Below, piece by piece: positions 16,946 through 21,355 of a stretch of 21,355 bases of DNA. Positions within the stretch are counted from its first letter, which is position 1. Each line of letters begins with the position of its first letter. A program made the position numbers and the translations under genes. Under the pieces are notes generated by a model. It was not told where the DNA came from and made no database searches. It saw only the letters and a program-made list of their open reading frames with translations. Origin of the DNA: a virus (taxonomy: Duplodnaviria > Heunggongvirae > Uroviricota > Caudoviricetes); IMG/VR virus record IMGVR_UViG_2541047698_000017, positions 1 through 21,355 of that record, one strand, 5' to 3'.

Positions 16946-17446
16946 TTAATGCAGATATTGCTCTGGTTTTACCGACGTCAGAATTGTCGGTGCATACTCA
17001 AACAGGCTGAATAATTCACGTAATGCACGGAATAAAGCATCATGCCAGTAACATGATTCATCATTAATTCGCCAGTATGGCTGGTTGAATTCTTTTTCAG
17101 TCAATCCGGCATGCATAAATAAAGTACGACGCTGACTGACTGTTAAAAAACTAATATATGCATATTCACTTGCGCCAACCTGACGGCGTTTTGAGAATGC
17201 CCCACGCAATTCATCAATTGCACATACCAGTCGTTCACGTTCGACGTCGTTCATTTCTTCAAAACGCATCGTTGCGTGACGCTGTTTTAACTGCGCATGG
17301 AAGCAAACCGTTAGCCGTTCGCGCTCCATCATCTGATTATAATAATCACATGTCTCCTGCCAGCGAGGGACGGCAAGATGCTTACCAATTATCCGGCGCA
17401 TAGTTACTGGTTGTTTTTCAACGAGATTGAGCGTCATCACTGTCAT
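16946..17446 (-). CDS. B: P2 gpB-like replication protein (166 aa)
   Basis: ATG at 17446 with GGAGG 8 nt upstream, overlapping the orf78 stop (ATGA); 166 aa agrees with P2 B; lies between cox/orf78 and orf80 as in P2. Confidence 0.8.
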   Translation of the reverse strand: MTVMTLNLVEKQPVTMRRIIGKHLAVPRWQETCDYYNQMMERERLTVCFHAQLKQRHATMRFEEMNDVERERLVCAIDELRGAFSKRRQVGASEYAYISFLTVSQRRTLFMHAGLTEKEFNQPYWRINDESCYWHDALFRALRELFSLFEYAPTILTSVKPEQYLH

Positions 17447-17613
17447 TTCCATACCCTCCGGCTTTTCAGAAAGGTCAGAGCCTTTTTTAACGGACTCTGT
17501 TTTTTGGTGCGGATAATGATTCCCTTATGCCCCTTACCGTGGGTGATGGTGAAGTCAATCGCCCTGGGGCTTTCGTTACGCAATAACTGAGCAATACAAC
17601 GAGGCTCATTCAT
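17443..17613 (-). CDS. P2 orf78-like small protein (56 aa)
   Basis: ATG at 17613 with AAGGAG 7 nt upstream; the track start at 17637 is GTG. Confidence 0.55.
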   Translation of the reverse strand: MNEPRCIAQLLRNESPRAIDFTITHGKGHKGIIIRTKKQSPLKKALTFLKSRRVWK

Positions 17614-17623
17614 ACGGTTCTCC

Positions 17624-17899
17624 TTAACGTGGTTCACCGAGACCTAACCACATCAACCAGCCGTCACGAATCTCTTTAGGACGGCTTTCATAAGCCAGTT
17701 TTAGTCCGTTATTCCATGCCGGAAGGTATACCCAATATTCACCAGCACGCCCCGATACTGACTGAGGGTCAGTAATCTCAATAACTGGTAATTTCCCTTT
17801 CTCAATCATGCCCCTTACAGCTCTTGGAGTTTTACCAATGAGTTTTGCAAACTCCTGATAAGGCACGGCATCAGTCACGCTTACAAGCTGTCTATTCAT
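17624..17899 (-). CDS. cox: Cox-like excision and lysis-lysogeny switch protein (91 aa)
   Basis: 91 aa; ...YQEFAKLIGKTPRAVRGMIEKGKLPVIEITDPQSVSGRAGEYWVYLPAWNNGLKLAYESRPKEIRDGWLMWLGLGEPR is recognisably P2 Cox-like; divergent from C. Confidence 0.88.
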   Translation of the reverse strand: MNRQLVSVTDAVPYQEFAKLIGKTPRAVRGMIEKGKLPVIEITDPQSVSGRAGEYWVYLPAWNNGLKLAYESRPKEIRDGWLMWLGLGEPR

Positions 17900-18020
17900 C
17901 TGCTACGATTCTCCCTTAGTGCTTCTAATGGCTCCTAATGGCTAATTATTGCCTAAAAGGATAACTCCAGAAGCACAACATTTCACACTATCAGCAAGAA
18001 ATTACGCAATCGGAGTAATT
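17900..18020. promoter_or_regulatory. Divergent immunity promoter/operator region (Pe for cox/early operon, Pc for C)
   Basis: Lies between divergent cox and C, the P2 architecture; contains a tandem decamer repeat (see repeat feature). Confidence 0.6.
17925..17944. repeat. Tandem direct repeat ctaatggctc / ctaatggcta in the cox-C intergenic region; candidate operator half-sites
   Basis: Two near-identical 10-bp units seen directly at 17925-17934 and 17935-17944. Confidence 0.5.
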
Positions 18021-18320
18021 ATGTCAATAGACGTTTCGGAGAAGTTGAAGCTAATCCGTGAATCTGAAAGGTTAAACCGTAAAGAATTCAGTGAATTAAC
18101 TGGTGTAGCCTACAGCTCACTTTCGAGCTATGAGAGCCGGTCAAAAAACGCTGGAGTTGAAGCCATAATGAAGGTCTTACAACATCCCAGATTTACTAAA
18201 TATACTTTGTGGTTCATGACTGATCAGGTAGCTCCAGAAGCCGGGCAAATTGCGCCCGCTCTCGCACACTTTGGGCAAAACGAAACAACGTCGCCCCACT
18301 CCGGTCAAAAGACTGGTTAA
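18021..18320 (+). CDS. C: C-type immunity repressor (99 aa)
   Basis: ATG at 18021 with GGAG 5 nt upstream; helix-turn-helix-like N-terminus (RKEFSELTGVAYSSLSSYES) and conserved P2 C-family C-terminus (FTKYTLWFMTDQVAPEAGQIAPALAHFGQNETTSPHSGQKTG). Confidence 0.85.
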   Translation: MSIDVSEKLKLIRESERLNRKEFSELTGVAYSSLSSYESRSKNAGVEAIMKVLQHPRFTKYTLWFMTDQVAPEAGQIAPALAHFGQNETTSPHSGQKTG

Positions 18321-18434
18321 CAATTTATCGTGAATATATTCATCACAAGTGCCTACTATTGGTGGCTAAATTTCAGCCACCACGAAAAAAGCGATTAGTA
18401 GTAGCAAAAAAAGTACCACTCGGAGGGTTTTCTG

Positions 18435-19448
18435 ATGGCAATCAAAAAACTCGATGATGGTCGATATGAAGTGGACATCCGCCCTACTGGACGTAACGGA
18501 AAACGCATCCGTAGGAAGTTTGATAAGAAAAGCGAAGCTGTCGCTTTCGAAAAATACACGTTGTACAACCACCACAATAAAGAATGGCTATCAAAACCAA
18601 CAGACAAACGACGTCTGTCGGAACTGACACAGATCTGGTGGGATTTAAAGGGTAAACACGAAGAGCATGGGAAATCTAATCTTGGAAAAATTGAAATCTT
18701 CACAAAAATAACGAATGACCCATGCGCATTTCAAATCACGAAATCCCTTATCAGCCAGTACTGCGCCACCCGAAGAAGTCAGGGTATTAAACCTTCGAGT
18801 ATCAATCGTGATTTAACATGTATTAGCGGCATGTTTACAGCCCTGATTGAAGCGGAGTTATTCTTTGGTGAGCACCCTATCAGAGGGACAAAGAGGCTTA
18901 AGGAGGAAAAACCAGAAACAGGCTATCTCACACAGGAAGAAATTGCCTTACTGCTTGCAGCACTTGACGGCGACAATAAAAAGATTGCGATTCTTTGCCT
19001 GAGTACAGGAGCACGTTGGGGAGAAGCAGCTCGTTTGAAAGCAGAAAATATCATCCATAACCGCGTCACGTTTGTTAAAACGAAAACAAACAAACCACGC
19101 ACCGTCCCGATCTCAGAGGCTGTTGCCAAAATGATCGCGGATAACAAACGAGGTTTTTTATTCCCTGATGCTGATTACCCTCGCTTCAGACGAACAATGA
19201 AAGCAATAAAACCGGATTTGCCAACGGGGCAAGCCACACATGCACTAAGGCACAGCTTTGCCACTCATTTCATGATTAATGGAGGAAGTATTATCACGCT
19301 ACAACGGATACTAGGTCACACGCGGATTGAGCAAACTATGGTTTACGCTCATTTTGCGCCAGAGTACCTTCAGGACGCCATTTCTCTTAATCCGCTAAGA
19401 GGTGGTACTGAAGCCGAGAGTGTCCACACAGTGTCCACAGTAGAGTAA
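18435..19448 (+). CDS. int: P2-type tyrosine integrase (337 aa)
   Basis: 337 aa; tyrosine-recombinase catalytic motifs (HALRHSFATH; LGHTRIEQTMVYAH); GGAGGG Shine-Dalgarno; 3' end next to the att core. Confidence 0.92.
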   Translation: MAIKKLDDGRYEVDIRPTGRNGKRIRRKFDKKSEAVAFEKYTLYNHHNKEWLSKPTDKRRLSELTQIWWDLKGKHEEHGKSNLGKIEIFTKITNDPCAFQITKSLISQYCATRRSQGIKPSSINRDLTCISGMFTALIEAELFFGEHPIRGTKRLKEEKPETGYLTQEEIALLLAALDGDNKKIAILCLSTGARWGEAARLKAENIIHNRVTFVKTKTNKPRTVPISEAVAKMIADNKRGFLFPDADYPRFRRTMKAIKPDLPTGQATHALRHSFATHFMINGGSIITLQRILGHTRIEQTMVYAHFAPEYLQDAISLNPLRGGTEAESVHTVSTVE

Positions 19449-19527
19449 CGTTTAAGGGCTTTCAGTGGTAATTTATGCCGCTCAAACCCGCATTGTACCG
19501 TTGAAAGCCCCTACTGGTGACACCCTA

Positions 19528-19554
19528 AATCTCCCTTACACGGGCTTATTTTTT
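19528..19554. other. 27-bp phage attachment core (P2 locI-type), int-proximal prophage/host junction
   Basis: aatctcccttacacgggcttatttttt is the reverse complement of the P2 att core AAAAAATAAGCCCGTGTAAGGGAGATT as I recall it, which coincides with the 3' terminator of the host sRNA gene cyaR. It lies 80 nt after the int stop. Confidence 0.6.
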
Positions 19555-19724
19555 GTGCATAAACCATAGAGACGGATTGATCCCAGGTGACCGTCTTCCA
19601 TTGACCACATCGATAGAATCTCCCTTCATAGCACGATGCCTTTCACGTAACGGCATCGTGCTCGCACAGGTTCCGGCTAAGCACAACCAGAACGCGCATG
19701 TTTGACGCTTACCAAAAAATATTC

Positions 19725-20042
19725 TCACTCTCCACATTTGAATGTCAGACGAGCGACGCCATGTAATCCTGCACCTTCTGTCTTCAGGTCAACTATCTGC
19801 ATTTTTTTGCCCTGAGTAACACAGAAATGAGCTGCATCATTTTTTACTATATTTTCTGCACCAGATATTCTGCCCCTGGCTAAAGAAGCTTCGGCTTCGG
19901 TGTAGTATTGGTTATCGAGTTTACGCTGAATATTACTTTTATATGCAAGACCAAATTTACCGATACTTGTCTCATCATTATGTACAGCACACCCAGACAT
20001 AAGAAAAACACTAATTAATGATATAGCAGCTATCTTTTTCAT
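19725..20042 (-). CDS. yegR: Host small exported, lipoprotein-like protein (YegR-like, 105 aa)
   Basis: ATG at 20042 gives MKKIAAISLISVFLMSGC..., a signal peptide with Cys; its position divergent from yegS matches the E. coli yegR-yegS neighbourhood as I recall it. Confidence 0.6.
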   Translation of the reverse strand: MKKIAAISLISVFLMSGCAVHNDETSIGKFGLAYKSNIQRKLDNQYYTEAEASLARGRISGAENIVKNDAAHFCVTQGKKMQIVDLKTEGAGLHGVARLTFKCGE

Positions 20043-20455
20043 CTTACCTTCCCCCATTAAATACCAACGACACGCTCTGGTGTTAAAATATAATAATGGC
20101 ATGATTATTATAATTGAATAGGATTATAATAAATGTTCTGTACAACATTTCCTACATAAGTAGGAATTACAAACATGAAGCCCTGCCCAGGTATCCCCAT
20201 GAGGGCTTTAATATATTTAGAATAAGATAGTGAAGATGCCACTGTTTAGTTGAATATTAGGTATATGCTCTTTTTTGAAATTTACCGGTGGCTACCGTTA
20301 ACATTCACTGTCCCCATTGCAAGCTCCTGGTGGTAACCACTGAATCCTCCATACTTGAACTGATTTTTATCCTCCGACTTTCATCCTGTTCTGACTCCAC
20401 CTTTTCTTTTCTGCTCTACACTATCTACAGACCAATCATAAAGGCACATACGATC

Positions 20456-21355
20456 ATGGCAGAATTTCCCGCCAGCTTACTGATTCTTAATGGCAAAAGT
20501 ACTGACAATTTACCATTGCGCGAAGCAATTATGCTGTTGCGTGAGGAAGGAATGACGATCCATGTGCGGGTCACCTGGGAGAAAGGCGATGCCGCACGAT
20601 ATGTAGAGGAGGCCCGGAAGTTGGGCGTCGCAACGGTGATTGCCGGTGGTGGCGATGGCACCATTAATGAAGTTTCTACGGCGTTGATTCAGTGTGAGGG
20701 GGATGACATACCCGCGCTAGGAATTTTGCCATTAGGAACCGCCAATGATTTTGCCACCAGTGTAAGGATTCCTGAGGCACTGGATAAGGCGCTGAAACTG
20801 GCAATTGCCGGTGACGCCATTGCGATAGATATGGCGCAGGTCAACAAACAAACCTGTTTTATTAATATGGCGACAGGCGGATTTGGGACGCGTATTACCA
20901 CAGAAACGCCGGAAAAATTAAAAGCCGCGCTGGGTGGCGTCTCTTACATCATTCATGGCTTAATGCGCATGGATACTCTGCAACCGGACCGTTGTGAGAT
21001 CCGCGGTGAAAACTTTCACTGGCAAGGTGACGCCCTGGTCATTGGTATTGGTAACGGGCGTCAGGCCGGTGGCGGTCAGCAATTGTGCCCGAACGCGTTA
21101 ATTAACGATGGCTTGCTGCAACTGCGCATTTTTACCGGCGATGAAATTCTTCCGGCTCTCGTATCAACATTAAAATCTGACGAAGATAACCCGAATATTA
21201 TCGAAGGCGCTTCGTCGTGGTTTGATATACAAGCCCCACACGAAATCACTTTTAATCTTGATGGCGAACCGTTGAGCGGACAAAACTTTCATATTGAAAT
21301 ACTTCCGGCGGCGTTGCGTTGTCGATTACCACCAGATTGCCCATTGTTGCGTTAA
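20456..21355 (+). CDS. yegS: Host lipid kinase YegS (299 aa), complete
   Basis: [28 protein letters not shown]... with the diacylglycerol-kinase-family GGDGT motif ([12 protein letters not shown]); 299 aa from ATG 20456; the track start at 20288 is an upstream extension. Confidence 0.85.
   Translation: MAEFPASLLILNGKSTDNLPLREAIMLLREEGMTIHVRVTWEKGDAARYVEEARKLGVATVIAGGGDGTINEVSTALIQCEGDDIPALGILPLGTANDFATSVRIPEALDKALKLAIAGDAIAIDMAQVNKQTCFINMATGGFGTRITTETPEKLKAALGGVSYIIHGLMRMDTLQPDRCEIRGENFHWQGDALVIGIGNGRQAGGGQQLCPNALINDGLLQLRIFTGDEILPALVSTLKSDEDNPNIIEGASSWFDIQAPHEITFNLDGEPLSGQNFHIEILPAALRCRLPPDCPLLR

Noticed and set aside
19449-19560. Possible tRNA or intact cyaR sRNA gene at the integration site
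   Set aside because: Only the 27-bp core (the sRNA terminator portion) is present at this junction; the sequence upstream of the core is the phage arm, not the cyaR body, and no tRNA-like cloverleaf is apparent. The intact sRNA gene would be at the other prophage end, outside the window.
19546-19737. 63-aa minus-strand ORF in the att-yegR intergenic region
   Set aside because: No ribosome binding site; overlaps the att core and the yegR 3' end; likely non-coding host intergenic DNA.
1-21355. CRISPR arrays or other long repeat arrays
   Set aside because: No regularly spaced direct repeats seen anywhere in the window; the only short tandem repeat is the 2 x 10-bp unit in the immunity region.

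Overview
The window is a P2-like temperate prophage of an Escherichia-type host, lying in inverted P2 map orientation. On the left it is cut by the 3' end of an IS2-like insertion sequence, which truncates tail-completion gene S; tail genes beyond S are not in the window. On the right it ends at a 27-bp attachment core next to host genes yegR and yegS. The backbone reads S(truncated)-R-lysC-lysB-lysA-K-Y-X-L-M-N-O on the minus strand, then P-Q on the plus strand, the cos site, an accessory island, then A-orf83-orf82-orf81-orf80-B-orf78-cox on the minus strand and C-int on the plus strand. The accessory island (about 9.8-13.56 kb) sits at the cos-proximal position where P2 carries old/tin and is AT-rich by eye (no GC% was computed). 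It holds three genes: a 488-aa GHKL/MORC-like ATPase, a translationally coupled 330-aa protein of unknown function, and a convergent 383-aa C5-cytosine DNA methyltransferase whose 3' end overlaps the partner by 50 nt. I read this as a candidate, apparently undescribed, MORC-type restriction-modification-like anti-phage system. All assignments rest on reading the translated ORFs, motifs recalled from memory and P2 synteny; no database search or composition calculation was run. Several ORF-track starts were moved to internal ATG codons with Shine-Dalgarno support, because the track's longest-ORF starts are often TTG/GTG extensions.
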